Part shown: positions 42,087-51,684 of the stretch, piece after piece
How the letters are laid out: each line of letters opens with the position of its first letter
Position numbering within the stretch: the first letter of the stretch is position 1
Assembly (NCBI GenBank): GCA_028293285.1
Contig: JAQGPC010000268.1
Location: 4,024-68,023 of the forward strand
Length of the DNA stretch: 64,000 nucleotides
Source: Pedosphaera sp.
Lineage (GTDB): Bacteria > Verrucomicrobiota > Verrucomicrobiia > Limisphaerales > Pedosphaeraceae
Direction: 5' to 3'
Position numbers and translations under genes: made by a program
The notes under the pieces: model-generated
What the model saw: only the letters and a program-made list of their open reading frames with translations
The model's database searches: none
What the model was told of the DNA's origin: nothing

Positions 42087-42764
42087 TTACAAACTTAGAA
42101 TTTCCTTAGCGGTCACCTTTTCCAAATTGAGCACCGCTTTATGCGGCTGGTGCGTTTCCAAGTCTTTTACGGAGGTTTGACCGGTCGCCACGGCGAGAAT
42201 CTTTGCGCCAATGACACGGCCACATTCGATGTCCAGCGGTGTATCACCAATCACCAGAACTTCCTCGTCACGCAATTTTTTCTTCAACAGGCGCGCGCCG
42301 CGTTCCTTGGCAATGGCGGCGATTTCATTACGGCTCTCGTGGTCGTCTGCGAATGCCCCGGTTTTGAAAAACTCCCAGAGGTTGAAATAGCGTAGTTTGA
42401 TTTCGGCACCGAGACGGATATTGCCGGTCAACAAACCAATCAGTGGCGGTTGGGGTTGGCGTTCCAGTTCGTAAATAAGCTGCCGAACGCCCGGAAGAAT
42501 ATCGCCCTTGCTTTCGACCAGCATATGGTCGAGCCAATGTACGTAACAATCGAAGAATTCTCGGAAATGTTCCTTGGTAGGTTCGATATTATGCTTGCGA
42601 AAGAATTCCCGGACCAACCCCGTATCAGTACGACCTGCAAAACTCAGCTTGTCCGCTCCATTAAGGCCGTATTGCATGGTAAAAGCTTTCGCGAACGCTT
42701 TTATCCCCGCTGCATTGGTATGAATAAGCGTTCCGTCAATATCGAATAGCACCAACTTGATCAT
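42087..42764 (-). CDS. HAD-family hydrolase (phosphoglycolate phosphatase-like)
   Basis: 'LVLFDIDGTLIHTN' is the DxDGT motif I, and 'VIGDTPLDIECG' is motif IV. Start placed at the ATG at 42764. Confidence 0.8.
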   Translation of the reverse strand: MIKLVLFDIDGTLIHTNAAGIKAFAKAFTMQYGLNGADKLSFAGRTDTGLVREFFRKHNIEPTKEHFREFFDCYVHWLDHMLVESKGDILPGVRQLIYELERQPQPPLIGLLTGNIRLGAEIKLRYFNLWEFFKTGAFADDHESRNEIAAIAKERGARLLKKKLRDEEVLVIGDTPLDIECGRVIGAKILAVATGQTSVKDLETHQPHKAVLNLEKVTAKEILSL

Positions 42765-42815
42765 AGACTTCAGAAGAATAAACACTCACCTGTAGGAAGG
42801 CAATCCCCACTCGTC

Positions 42816-43514
42816 TTATCTGCGTCGATTGTAAGCGTCTTGTGAGTAATTTTTGACCACCAATTCCTCAGTGCGTTGCATCAGGGCGGCGTCTGGCTTT
42901 AATTCCAACCAATGAACGTGATAATTGGAATGAGCAACATCGCACATCGCCTGCTCCCAGTCGGCACGGGCAACCTTGATGGGCGGTGGTTGCACAGAGC
43001 CTTGGATGAGTAAGCCGTGGCGTGTGCGACGCTGAGCGGCCCCGGCAATTTTCCTTCCATGCCAAAGCACATCAGACTTTTCGTAACCGATAAAACATTG
43101 ACCGGGTAAAGATTTGCGGCATTCCGCAGCCAGTTCGGTCGCGATGCTTAGTTTTAAAAAAGCGGATTGAATCCATTCATGGATACGTTGGTAACTCTCC
43201 GTGGCTTTTAGCACATACCAAGGATCACCCGGCGGAACGGCGAGACTGTAGGTCCAATCGGCATCGTGCGGCACGAGGCCGCCGCCGGTTGGTCGGCGCA
43301 CCAAGGGGCGCAGCAAAGTCATTTGTTCGACCTCAGAGTATTTCTGGAAATAGCCGAATGACGCCGCAGGCTCCGTCCAGCCATAGAAGCGCAGCACGGG
43401 TTTGCCAAGTGACGGCGCGGCTTCGAGCAAGGCATCATCCAGCGCCATGTTGTTAGCGGCATTGCCTGAACCGGAGCGCAGCAGGTACCAGGATTTTGTG
43501 GCAATCGAAGTCAC
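42816..43514 (-). CDS. biotin/lipoate A/B protein ligase family protein
   Basis: 232-aa ORF with 'RRPTGGGLVPHDADWTYS' and 'GRKIAGAAQRR', motifs typical of LplA/LipB-type catalytic domains. Confidence 0.7.
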   Translation of the reverse strand: MTSIATKSWYLLRSGSGNAANNMALDDALLEAAPSLGKPVLRFYGWTEPAASFGYFQKYSEVEQMTLLRPLVRRPTGGGLVPHDADWTYSLAVPPGDPWYVLKATESYQRIHEWIQSAFLKLSIATELAAECRKSLPGQCFIGYEKSDVLWHGRKIAGAAQRRTRHGLLIQGSVQPPPIKVARADWEQAMCDVAHSNYHVHWLELKPDAALMQRTEELVVKNYSQDAYNRRR

Positions 43515-43556
43515 AATTGAATCATCGTCGAAATGCAGAGAAACAAAAGCGCGGAG

Positions 43557-44222
43557 TTAAACGACCAATTTGGGCAACCCAATGCGTGGACAGAGCGGAC
43601 GGATTTCGCAGTTCGGACAATCGGGATTGCGCGCGAAACAACGGCGGCGACCATGCCATATCAGCAAATGGCTGAACAGAGTCCATTCCGGTTGTGGCAC
43701 CAGTTTGACCAGGACTTGCTCGATTTTTTCCGGTGAAGTTTCGCGCGTGAGGCCAAGCCGATAGGAAAGCCGCGCCACGTGCGTATCCACCACTACGCCG
43801 CAATTAATATTGAAGGCATTTCCGAGCACCACGTTTGCCGTTTTGCGGCCCACACCAGCGAGCTCAATCAATTCCTCCATTGATTGCGGAACGTTGCCAC
43901 CGTATTTTTCAACCAGTTCACGGCAACACGCCTGGATGTTCTTTGCCTTGTTGCGGTAAAGACCGATGCGCTTAACATCATTTTCGAATTGCGCCGGGTC
44001 GGCATTTGCGAAATCAGCCGCTGTCTTATATTTCTTAAACAAGTCAGCCGTAACGATGTTCACCTGCTTATCGGTGCATTGTGCGGAGAGAATGGTGGCG
44101 ATGAGCAATTGCAGCGGATTGGCATGCACCAACTCGCAATGCGCCTCGGGATAAGTCTGCCTGAGACCGGCGATGATTTTCTCCAACCGTGCCTTTAATG
44201 CTTGAGTTGATTCGCGGCCCAT
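43557..44222 (-). CDS. nth: endonuclease III
   Basis: 'LLIATILSAQCTD', the HhH-GPD region 'LAGVGRKTANVVL' and the [4Fe-4S] loop 'CFARNPDCPNCEIRPLC' (C-x6-C-x2-C-x5-C). Confidence 0.92.
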   Translation of the reverse strand: MGRESTQALKARLEKIIAGLRQTYPEAHCELVHANPLQLLIATILSAQCTDKQVNIVTADLFKKYKTAADFANADPAQFENDVKRIGLYRNKAKNIQACCRELVEKYGGNVPQSMEELIELAGVGRKTANVVLGNAFNINCGVVVDTHVARLSYRLGLTRETSPEKIEQVLVKLVPQPEWTLFSHLLIWHGRRRCFARNPDCPNCEIRPLCPRIGLPKLVV

Positions 44223-44228
44223 TACTGG

Positions 44229-45467
44229 TTAAACCAACTCCGGCTCTTCGATTTCCTTCGGCGCTTTGACGAGCAGGGTGCCGTCAGCGGCTTCAGGGTA
44301 TTCGAAGATTTTGCCTTCGAAATTGCGAATCACCACACGGTCAGCGTTGCGGCTTAAGACGTATTCCGGGTTGATCGGAACTTTGCCGCCGCCGCCGGGA
44401 GCATCGATGACGTATTGCGGAATCGCATAGCCGGTCGTATGGCCGCGCAAGCCTTCCATGACCTCAAGCCCTTTGCGCACGCTGGCGCGGAGATGGGACG
44501 AACCGGCAATAAGATCACATTGGTAAAGATAATACGGCCGCACCCGGCACATTAGGAGCTTTTGCACCAAGGCGCGCATGACGGTCACGTCATCATTCAC
44601 GTTGCGGAGCAGTACTGATTGGTTACCCAATGGAATGCCAGCATCGGCCAGGCGACCAAGCCCTTCACGCACTTCAGTCGTCAGTTCACGCGGATGATTG
44701 CTGTGGATGCTCAGGAACAGCGGATGATATTTCTTGAGCATGGCGCACAAAGCCGGCGTGATGCGTTGCGGCAGGAAAATGGGAATGCGCGAACCGATGC
44801 GCAGAAATTCAACATGCGGAATAGCGCGCAACTGGCTCAACAGATATTCGAGCTTGTCATCGCTAAGCAATAACGGATCACCGCCGCTTAACAAGACATC
44901 CCGCACCTCGGGATGATTGCGAACATAGGCAATCTGTTTCTCGAACTCGGGATGAAAATCATAGCCAGCGGCATTGCTGACCAATCGCGAACGGGTGCAG
45001 TAACGGCAGTAAGAGGCGCACCGATCCGTTACGAGGAACAGAACGCGATCTGGATAACGATGCACCAACCCCGGAACTGGCGAATGGGCATCCTCGCCAC
45101 AGGGGTCGCTCATTTCCCAAGGAGCGGTATTGGTTTCTTCGATCCGGGGTATGACCTGCGAACGAATAGGACACTTTTCATCCGCCGGATCAATGAGGTT
45201 GAAAAAGTAAGGTGTAATAGCCAGGGCCAGCTTGGAATTCGCCAGCAACGTGCCAGCATGCTCCTCCGGCGTGAGGGTGGGCATTAACCGTTGGAGTTGC
45301 TCCAACGAGGTAATACGGTTTTTGAGTTGCCAGCGCCAATCGTTCCAATCAGCGTCTGAGACATGGCTCCAAAAACCACGGCCCGCCGAACGGAACTGCT
45401 TGTGGAAATTCAACTTGGCGTTTTCACCCTTGTCTCTATCGGTGCCTACTGAGTTGTCGTTTGACAT
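44229..45467 (-). CDS. kamA: KamA-family radical SAM protein (lysine 2,3-aminomutase-like)
   Basis: 'CASYCRYCTRS' is the CxxxCxxC motif. 'LLSGGDPL' and a length of 412 aa are typical of KamA/AblA. Confidence 0.82.
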   Translation of the reverse strand: MSNDNSVGTDRDKGENAKLNFHKQFRSAGRGFWSHVSDADWNDWRWQLKNRITSLEQLQRLMPTLTPEEHAGTLLANSKLALAITPYFFNLIDPADEKCPIRSQVIPRIEETNTAPWEMSDPCGEDAHSPVPGLVHRYPDRVLFLVTDRCASYCRYCTRSRLVSNAAGYDFHPEFEKQIAYVRNHPEVRDVLLSGGDPLLLSDDKLEYLLSQLRAIPHVEFLRIGSRIPIFLPQRITPALCAMLKKYHPLFLSIHSNHPRELTTEVREGLGRLADAGIPLGNQSVLLRNVNDDVTVMRALVQKLLMCRVRPYYLYQCDLIAGSSHLRASVRKGLEVMEGLRGHTTGYAIPQYVIDAPGGGGKVPINPEYVLSRNADRVVIRNFEGKIFEYPEAADGTLLVKAPKEIEEPELV

Positions 45468-45553
45468 TTACGTGCGAACTATAAGTTCAGACGGCACTCT
45501 GTCAAGGGAGGGAGGCTCACTTGTCTGTTTTTTAATAGCTAACCAGCTCACTA

Positions 45554-46939
45554 TCAATGATTAACAAGCGTGCTGGCTGTATCCGTTTTAGCCGTTGATT
45601 CTGCTGGTTCTTTAGGACGCAATTCCTCGCGTCGAAGGTCCAATGCATCGAGTTCTTTGAGGGTTTGCTGAGCCAGTTTATCCAAACCGGGAGTAGAAGT
45701 TGCCCGAGTCAGGCGGGCAAATCCCGCTTTGTTTCGATTTTTGAGATAGCTTTCAACCGTTTTTCGATAGGCATCCACCAAGGAAACTGCCTCTTGCGAC
45801 ACTTGATTTCGAAGCAAGGCAAGTTGTTGCAGCTTGGTATTAAGGATCTTGGCCTGCCGGGTGAAGTCCCAATCCCGAATGATGGCCTGCAGAGTGACTT
45901 CTGTTCGCATGGGAAGTTGGTCGGCAGCAGTACGAACTTCCACGGGAGGGCGGATAACTTCATCCAATTTTTTGAAACTTTCCGCGCTTGGCCAGGCATG
46001 CGACAGATCGCGTCCGGTAAATTCAACCATGCGCAATGCCCACCATTTCTCCAAATCGCGTTGGTTGGTAAAGTGAGATTGAAACCCCTTAATAAAGGAA
46101 ATCTGCCAGTTTAAGTGTTGCGGCAAAGCAGCGATGAAATTGCGCATGCAAATGCGGCCATCTTTCAACCGCAACAATTCAAACACAAACACCTGCGCGC
46201 AATTGCGATAGGCCTCTCCTGCTTCGCCATTCAACTGGCCTTCCTGCGGCCAGCTTAACTGTTCCAAGCTAAGCGGCGTCATGTTACGCAAGTCCGTATG
46301 CGCCTGAGTGAGTGGATTTACGCGCTGGGCCGAAAGGTCAGTCCGCCCAATGCTAATGCCGGATTCCATTTCGCTGGGCGGTCGAAGCAGGAGATCCATT
46401 CCACTGGAGAGCATTAAATGTTGGGCCATCCCTTGGGTTAACCAGGCAGGGATTTCTGCTGAACGTGCGGTGGCTGCGCGATCCGCCATTTCCAATAGAA
46501 GCACATCCACAATAGCGGTGATGAATCGCGAAGATTCCATGCGGTCCGGCAAATCCACGCGATAATTCCACTGGTTGCCAAACTTGACGGTGGTCACCAC
46601 GACCGCTTCATCGGGAGTTTGGAACGGGTGCAGTTGAAGATTGATTTTAGCATGCCATTGATCAGACAGTCCGAGTTCGGCCAGCAAAGCCTTCTTGATG
46701 CGCTCGCAGGAAATGGCGAGGAGATCGGGGTCGAGACGGACCAGATTCGCATTCGGCGAAGTGCGCGGGAAAGGATCAGATTCGCTCGGCTCGAAGATGA
46801 CAAATTGCCGTGAAACGCTCGAATGGACTGACCGCTTCATCCGCTGCAACTCGCCGGCAAAGGAATCGGCAGGATTCACCTGCGCGCCAGCAGGCAGCAC
46901 CAACAGTCCGACGCAAATGATAGTCAGCCATTTAATCAT
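45554..46939 (-). CDS. secreted hypothetical protein
   Basis: 461-aa ORF with the signal peptide 'LTIICVGLLVLPAGAQ'. I recognise no motif. Confidence 0.5.
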   Translation of the reverse strand: MIKWLTIICVGLLVLPAGAQVNPADSFAGELQRMKRSVHSSVSRQFVIFEPSESDPFPRTSPNANLVRLDPDLLAISCERIKKALLAELGLSDQWHAKINLQLHPFQTPDEAVVVTTVKFGNQWNYRVDLPDRMESSRFITAIVDVLLLEMADRAATARSAEIPAWLTQGMAQHLMLSSGMDLLLRPPSEMESGISIGRTDLSAQRVNPLTQAHTDLRNMTPLSLEQLSWPQEGQLNGEAGEAYRNCAQVFVFELLRLKDGRICMRNFIAALPQHLNWQISFIKGFQSHFTNQRDLEKWWALRMVEFTGRDLSHAWPSAESFKKLDEVIRPPVEVRTAADQLPMRTEVTLQAIIRDWDFTRQAKILNTKLQQLALLRNQVSQEAVSLVDAYRKTVESYLKNRNKAGFARLTRATSTPGLDKLAQQTLKELDALDLRREELRPKEPAESTAKTDTASTLVNH

Positions 46940-47040
46940 GGGCTAAGCGATCAGTATGCCCACGTTTTTCAAGCTCTGGCAAGAAGGGAACGCTTTTTTT
47001 ACTCTATCGAAGGCTTTAAAACGGGCGGCAGACCACTAAC

Positions 47041-47364
47041 TTATGTTTTGGCCGGCTTGGAAGGCTTACTTTCCGTTTTCGCGGGTGCGGTCTTGGTTTC
47101 GCTGGAGGATTTGCTTTCGGAAGCGGGCGCATCCTTCTTGGCACCCGCCTTGTAATTCTCGCTGCGGTAATCGGTGATATAAAAGCCGCTGCCCTTGAAA
47201 ATGAGACCGGCACCGGCACCAATGGCCCGCTTCACCTTGCCCTTACCCCATTTTTTCATGCCGCAGAGCTCCTTGTTACAAGTAGTCAACGGTTTGTCCT
47301 TCATGGATTGGGCTATTTCAAACTGATGTTCGCACTTGGAACAAACGTATTCGTAAGTTGGCAT
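47041..47364 (-). CDS. FmdB-family zinc-ribbon protein with extended C-terminus
   Basis: 'MPTYEYVCSKCEHQFE...TTCNKELCG', followed by a Lys/Ser/Ala-rich tail. Confidence 0.75.
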   Translation of the reverse strand: MPTYEYVCSKCEHQFEIAQSMKDKPLTTCNKELCGMKKWGKGKVKRAIGAGAGLIFKGSGFYITDYRSENYKAGAKKDAPASESKSSSETKTAPAKTESKPSKPAKT

Positions 47365-47414
47365 GATGGTTTATATAAAAACTGGTTGGCCTGTCGTCAA
47401 GTAGCACTGAATGC

Positions 47415-48473
47415 TCACCCCCCGATGCAGCTCATGCTGCGTTCAGGCGCGACAAATTCCGGTTCGCCAATGTGATGGCGATCTTCCTTCTGCCAGACCA
47501 CGGATTGCAGATACGCGATAAGTTCCTCATCAGAGGCATCACTGCGCAGTTTGGAACGCAAATCATGTTCCGTCACGCTGAACAAACAGGTGCGAATCTT
47601 GCCATCGGCGGTCAGGCGAATCCGGTTGCAATGGCCGCAGAAAGGCTCGCTGACGGGTGAAATCAAGCCGAGTTCGCCCTGTCCTTCGCCGAAGCTCCAG
47701 CGTTTGGCGGTTTCAGATAGATTGTTGGAAGTCACCGATTGCAATTTATAGCGGCTTTGCACACGCGCGAGAATTTCATGACCGCGCATGACAAATTCAT
47801 TTTTCCAGGCATGCGCGGAATCCAGCGGCATGAACTCGATGAACCGCATTGATACATTTTTTTCGCGGGCAAATTCCGCCAGCGTTTCAATTTCCTGATC
47901 GTTGATGCCGCGAATGATGACCGCGTTTACCTTCACGGGATTCATCCCCAATTCCTGCGCGAGACGAATGCTCTCCAGCACTTCAGCGAGACCATCACGG
48001 CCGGTCATCTTTTGGAAATTAGCGCGGTCGAGCGAATCCAAACTGAAGCTGATCCGTTTCAAACCGGCATCGCGCAAGGCAGCACCTTTTTGCGGAAACA
48101 AAAAGCCATTGGTGGTCATGGCGAGGTCGGTAATACCGGAAATTTTCGCTATGCCCGCCACAAGTTCTTCGACGTTCCGGCGCAGAAGTGGTTCGCCACC
48201 GGTAAGGCGTATTTTTTGGATGCCGAGACTCGCCGCCACGCGTACCACCCGTTCAATCTCCTCAAACGTCAGAATGGCCGATTTGGGCTGCCATTGGTGG
48301 GCGATGGGGTTGGAATCGGGGAGATTAGCCCAACGACCGCGATAAAAATTCTGCGCCGCCTCGGTTTCCGGCAGGCAATACATGCACCGGAAATTACAGC
48401 GGTCCGTGATGCTGATTCGCAGGTCGCGCAGCACGCGACCATGCGAGTCAACAAGCAGGTTGGGACGGATCAT
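47415..48473 (-). CDS. moaA: GTP 3',8-cyclase (molybdenum cofactor biosynthesis)
   Basis: 'RISITDRCNFRCMYCLP' is the radical SAM motif. The C-terminal auxiliary cluster is 'CGHCNRIRLTADGKIRTCLF'. Confidence 0.92.
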   Translation of the reverse strand: MIRPNLLVDSHGRVLRDLRISITDRCNFRCMYCLPETEAAQNFYRGRWANLPDSNPIAHQWQPKSAILTFEEIERVVRVAASLGIQKIRLTGGEPLLRRNVEELVAGIAKISGITDLAMTTNGFLFPQKGAALRDAGLKRISFSLDSLDRANFQKMTGRDGLAEVLESIRLAQELGMNPVKVNAVIIRGINDQEIETLAEFAREKNVSMRFIEFMPLDSAHAWKNEFVMRGHEILARVQSRYKLQSVTSNNLSETAKRWSFGEGQGELGLISPVSEPFCGHCNRIRLTADGKIRTCLFSVTEHDLRSKLRSDASDEELIAYLQSVVWQKEDRHHIGEPEFVAPERSMSCIGG

Positions 48474-49264
48474 TGCTGGGCCGGTTTGGGGGCAGGCGGT
48501 GCGGCGTTGGTGTTGGTAACCGGTTCGATTACTTTAACACTTCCATCCGCATTCACTTCCACATTTAAATCGTATTTGTTCGTATTGGAGTGCTTGGGAG
48601 TTGTGTTGTTGGCTCCCTGCATCAACTTCTGCGCGCCCTTTTGTTCCTGGCTGGCGAACAAGCCCTGGCGAATCCATTCGAGACGGCGGGCAATGGAAAG
48701 TTCTTCCTTAAGCTTGTGCACCTGAACACGCAGAACTGCGAGATCGTTGAATTGACGTTCCAACTCGGCTTTCTCGGCCACCAACCGTTTGAGTTCCTTT
48801 TCCAAAAAAGCCTTGTCACCTTCAGAGGCAGTGAGTTTTTTCTGGGTATCCGCGATTTGAGTTTCCAGCGAGCCAATGGACGATTTCAAATCCACAGCCT
48901 GCTTGTCGAGCGTTTCTTTTTGCTGTTCCAATTCAGCAATTTTAGCATCGCGTTTAGCGTTTTCTTCCAGGGCGGTTTTGAGCGCAGCTTCGGTTTTGCT
49001 GAGGTTTTGACTGGTCTGGGTCAAATCGTTGGAAAGTTTGGAAATGTCGGTTTTACGCGCCGTCAAATCCTTTTCCATGTTCAAATTGACCTGCTTCTGT
49101 TCCTCCAATTTCGAACTGGTTTCAACCAATTGATTGGAATGATACAAAATCACATCCACGTCCTTTTGGTGTTGTTCGGTCGCCTGCTTATTGCGGGAAA
49201 CCAAGCCAATGCCCAATCCGACGCAGACCAAAATTAAAACCACTACTGCCACTTTTGTCTTCAT
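48470..49264 (-). CDS. membrane-anchored coiled-coil protein
   Basis: An N-terminal TM segment 'VAVVVLILVCVGLGIGLV' is followed by ~200 aa of heptad-like, K/E/L/Q-rich sequence. There is a 4-nt overlap with the moaA start. Confidence 0.55.
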   Translation of the reverse strand: MKTKVAVVVLILVCVGLGIGLVSRNKQATEQHQKDVDVILYHSNQLVETSSKLEEQKQVNLNMEKDLTARKTDISKLSNDLTQTSQNLSKTEAALKTALEENAKRDAKIAELEQQKETLDKQAVDLKSSIGSLETQIADTQKKLTASEGDKAFLEKELKRLVAEKAELERQFNDLAVLRVQVHKLKEELSIARRLEWIRQGLFASQEQKGAQKLMQGANNTTPKHSNTNKYDLNVEVNADGSVKVIEPVTNTNAAPPAPKPAQQ

Positions 49265-49358
49265 AAGCGCACAATAATGCTCCTGATGTAATAATTAAGC
49301 AAGTTTACAAATAATATCTATACCTTGAATTAATGACGCACTCACCTAAATTGTATCC

Positions 49359-50039
49359 ATGAAGTTACCTCGTGAAGTTCCGGTAATGACCCTCCCGAAT
49401 GCCACTCTGTTTCCCCAGGCATTGCTGCCGCTTTACATCTTTGAAAAGCGTTATCGTCAAATGCTTACAGATTCGCTCGAGTCGACGCGCATGTTTTCCA
49501 TCGCGATGCAAAAGCCCGGTCGCACGCGGGAAACACCGTCGTCCATTGCCGGGCTCGGATTGATCCGCGTGTCAGTGGGACATAATGACGGCACCTCACA
49601 TTTGATTTTGCAAGGAATTGCGCGCGTCGAACTGGAGGAAACTGTTCGTTACAAACCGTATCGGGTGCAACGCATACGACCACTGGAAGCGCCGCCATTC
49701 AATGATGTGGTCGTGGAAGCCCTGGTTGCCAAGGTGCGCGAGCTTTTGGAGGAGCGGGTTGATTTGGGGCTGCCTTTTCCTTTCCCTTTTGTTTCCAGCA
49801 CGAGTTCAAAGCCGGTTGAAAAAGCGCCGCCGGGATTTTCCCCGAAAGATGTGCTGGATTATCTGGATAAATTGACCGAACCTGATCAGGTGGCTGACTT
49901 GGTTTCCTGCGCGGTGTTGTCGGGCCCGGTGGAGCGACAAACCATATTGGAGACAGTCCCGGTGGAAGCGCGGCTTAAACATCTCATCCATTTTTTGATG
50001 GCGGAAATTAAACGGCAAAGGAAGGATAAGAACCGATGA
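49359..50039 (+). CDS. LON substrate-binding (Lon N-terminal) domain protein
   Basis: 'LPNATLFPQALLPLYIFEKRYRQML' is the typical start of stand-alone LON-N domain proteins. Confidence 0.8.
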   Translation: MKLPREVPVMTLPNATLFPQALLPLYIFEKRYRQMLTDSLESTRMFSIAMQKPGRTRETPSSIAGLGLIRVSVGHNDGTSHLILQGIARVELEETVRYKPYRVQRIRPLEAPPFNDVVVEALVAKVRELLEERVDLGLPFPFPFVSSTSSKPVEKAPPGFSPKDVLDYLDKLTEPDQVADLVSCAVLSGPVERQTILETVPVEARLKHLIHFLMAEIKRQRKDKNR

Positions 50040-50521
50040 ACGAAACAACCCATCCCCCCGAGGACACGCTGGCCAATGCCAGTCGTGAAGAAATAATGTC
50101 CGCCCTGTTCGCCAACATGGTGATTCAACAAACCAACATGGCGATGATGCTGCTGGGCAAGGTGGCGCACCCGGAAACCGGCGAGTTCATGCAGGACGTG
50201 GAATCGGCGAAGATGTTTATTGACCAGTTGGAAATGCTGGAAGAGAAAACCAAAGGGAATCTTTCCAAGCAGGAAGAAGGCTTGATGAAACAGGCGCTCA
50301 CCGCTTTGCGCATGGCTTTTGTAGAAGCGATTAACAGTTCGGGCGGCCAAGCCCAACCGCAGGTTGAGCATGGTGACAGCACGCCAGCAGCCACGGCTGA
50401 TTCCGGTGCTGCCCCCGAAGCGAAACACCCTGAACCCACTGCTGCTCCGGCACCAACTCCAGCGGAACCCGCTGCCACGTCACCTGACGAATCGCGCAAG
50501 AAGTTTTCGAAGAAATATTGA
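50036..50521 (+). CDS. DUF1844 domain protein
   Basis: 'MSALFANMVIQQTNMAMMLLGKVAHPETGE...AKMFIDQLEMLEEKTKGNL' matches the DUF1844 pattern. It overlaps the previous gene by 4 nt. Confidence 0.75.
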   Translation: MNETTHPPEDTLANASREEIMSALFANMVIQQTNMAMMLLGKVAHPETGEFMQDVESAKMFIDQLEMLEEKTKGNLSKQEEGLMKQALTALRMAFVEAINSSGGQAQPQVEHGDSTPAATADSGAAPEAKHPEPTAAPAPTPAEPAATSPDESRKKFSKKY

Positions 50522-50563
50522 TCAACTTTGATCAGCGGCATGGTTGAAAGCCGCGGCATTTTA

Positions 50564-50595
50564 AAAGCCCGACAAAACTTGTCGGGCTTTTTTCT
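50564..50595 (+). terminator. Rho-independent terminator
   Basis: A perfect 10-bp stem, 'aaagcccgac' (50564-50573) paired with 'gtcgggcttt' (50581-50590), with a 7-nt loop, runs into a T-tract. Confidence 0.75.
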
Positions 50596-50648
50596 TAAGA
50601 GAAGCCGCAATGGACAAGGGATTACTTCGTGGTTAAGGTCGCGGAAGG

Positions 50649-51605
50649 ATGAATCCAACGGACAACATTGACCAGTGTGGAACGATAGTCATTGCTGGAG
50701 GGGCTGGTTATCTTGGCAAACTTCTGGCGGAATATTTCACGCGGCAATCCTATCGAGTCGTGATCCTCTCACGGCAAAGGCGTGAAGATACACAGCTCGT
50801 GCGTTTTGTTTTATGGAATGGTGAAACGCTCGCATCCTGGGCCAGCGAGTTGGAGGGTGCAACTGCGGTCATTAATCTGGCGGGGCGTACGGTCAATTGC
50901 CGTTACAATGCCAAGAACAAACAAGAGATTTACGATTCGCGCCTGAACTCGACTCGTGTCCTCGGATTGGCCATTGCCGCCTGCCAGAATCCTCCCAAGG
51001 TCTGGATTAATTCCAGTTCGGCCACGATTTATCGCCACGCCGAGGATCGCCCGATGGACGAAGCCACGGGTGAGATTGGCACCGGATTTTCGGTGGATGT
51101 CTGCCTGCAATGGGAAAAAGTTTTGACGGAAGCTCAGACTCCCACGACAAGGAAAATCGCGCTACGCTCGGCGATGGTGTTTGGCCCGGGACGTGATGGT
51201 GTGATGGAAGCGTTTCATCGTCTCGTCAGGCTCGGCCTGGGCGGAACCTTGGGCAAGGGAACACAATTTATGAGTTGGGTTCATATTGAAGATTTTGTCC
51301 GATCCATTCAGTGGATAATGAACAATCCACTCTCAAGCGGACCGGTGAACTGTGCTGCTCCCCATCCCGTGCCGAATGCGGAATTCATGCGCACTTTCCG
51401 CGAAGTGTGTGGACGCTCGGTCGGCCTGCCTGCAAACCGTTGGATGCTTGAACTCGGCGCTGTCTTCCTTCGAACTGAAACCGAACTGTTGCTTAAGAGT
51501 CGCCGGGTTATTCCGGGGAGACTGCTTGATTCGGGGTTTCAATTCAAATACCCACGCTTGCGCGAAGCATTGGACAATATCGTCAATGCTAATCATCATC
51601 GATAA
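50649..51605 (+). CDS. TIGR01777-family (YfcH/SDR39U1-like) epimerase-fold protein
   Basis: 'IVIAGGAGYLGKLL' is the Rossmann motif. The C-terminal DUF1731-like end is 'RRVIPGRLLDSGFQFKYPRLREAL'. Confidence 0.85.
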   Translation: MNPTDNIDQCGTIVIAGGAGYLGKLLAEYFTRQSYRVVILSRQRREDTQLVRFVLWNGETLASWASELEGATAVINLAGRTVNCRYNAKNKQEIYDSRLNSTRVLGLAIAACQNPPKVWINSSSATIYRHAEDRPMDEATGEIGTGFSVDVCLQWEKVLTEAQTPTTRKIALRSAMVFGPGRDGVMEAFHRLVRLGLGGTLGKGTQFMSWVHIEDFVRSIQWIMNNPLSSGPVNCAAPHPVPNAEFMRTFREVCGRSVGLPANRWMLELGAVFLRTETELLLKSRRVIPGRLLDSGFQFKYPRLREALDNIVNANHHR

Positions 51606-51636
51606 TCTTCCGGCCCAACACCCAAGTCCGCACAAT

Positions 51637-51665
51637 AAAAAAGCCCGGCAGAGTTTGCCGGGCTT
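51637..51665 (-). terminator. Rho-independent terminator between convergent genes
   Basis: The 10-bp stem is 'aagcccggca' (51641-51650) paired with 'tgccgggctt' (51656-51665). On the minus strand it is followed by 'ttttttatt', which serves the PPIase gene. It is weaker for the plus-strand gene. Confidence 0.7.
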
Positions 51666-51684
51666 GTGTTATTGAAAATGTGGA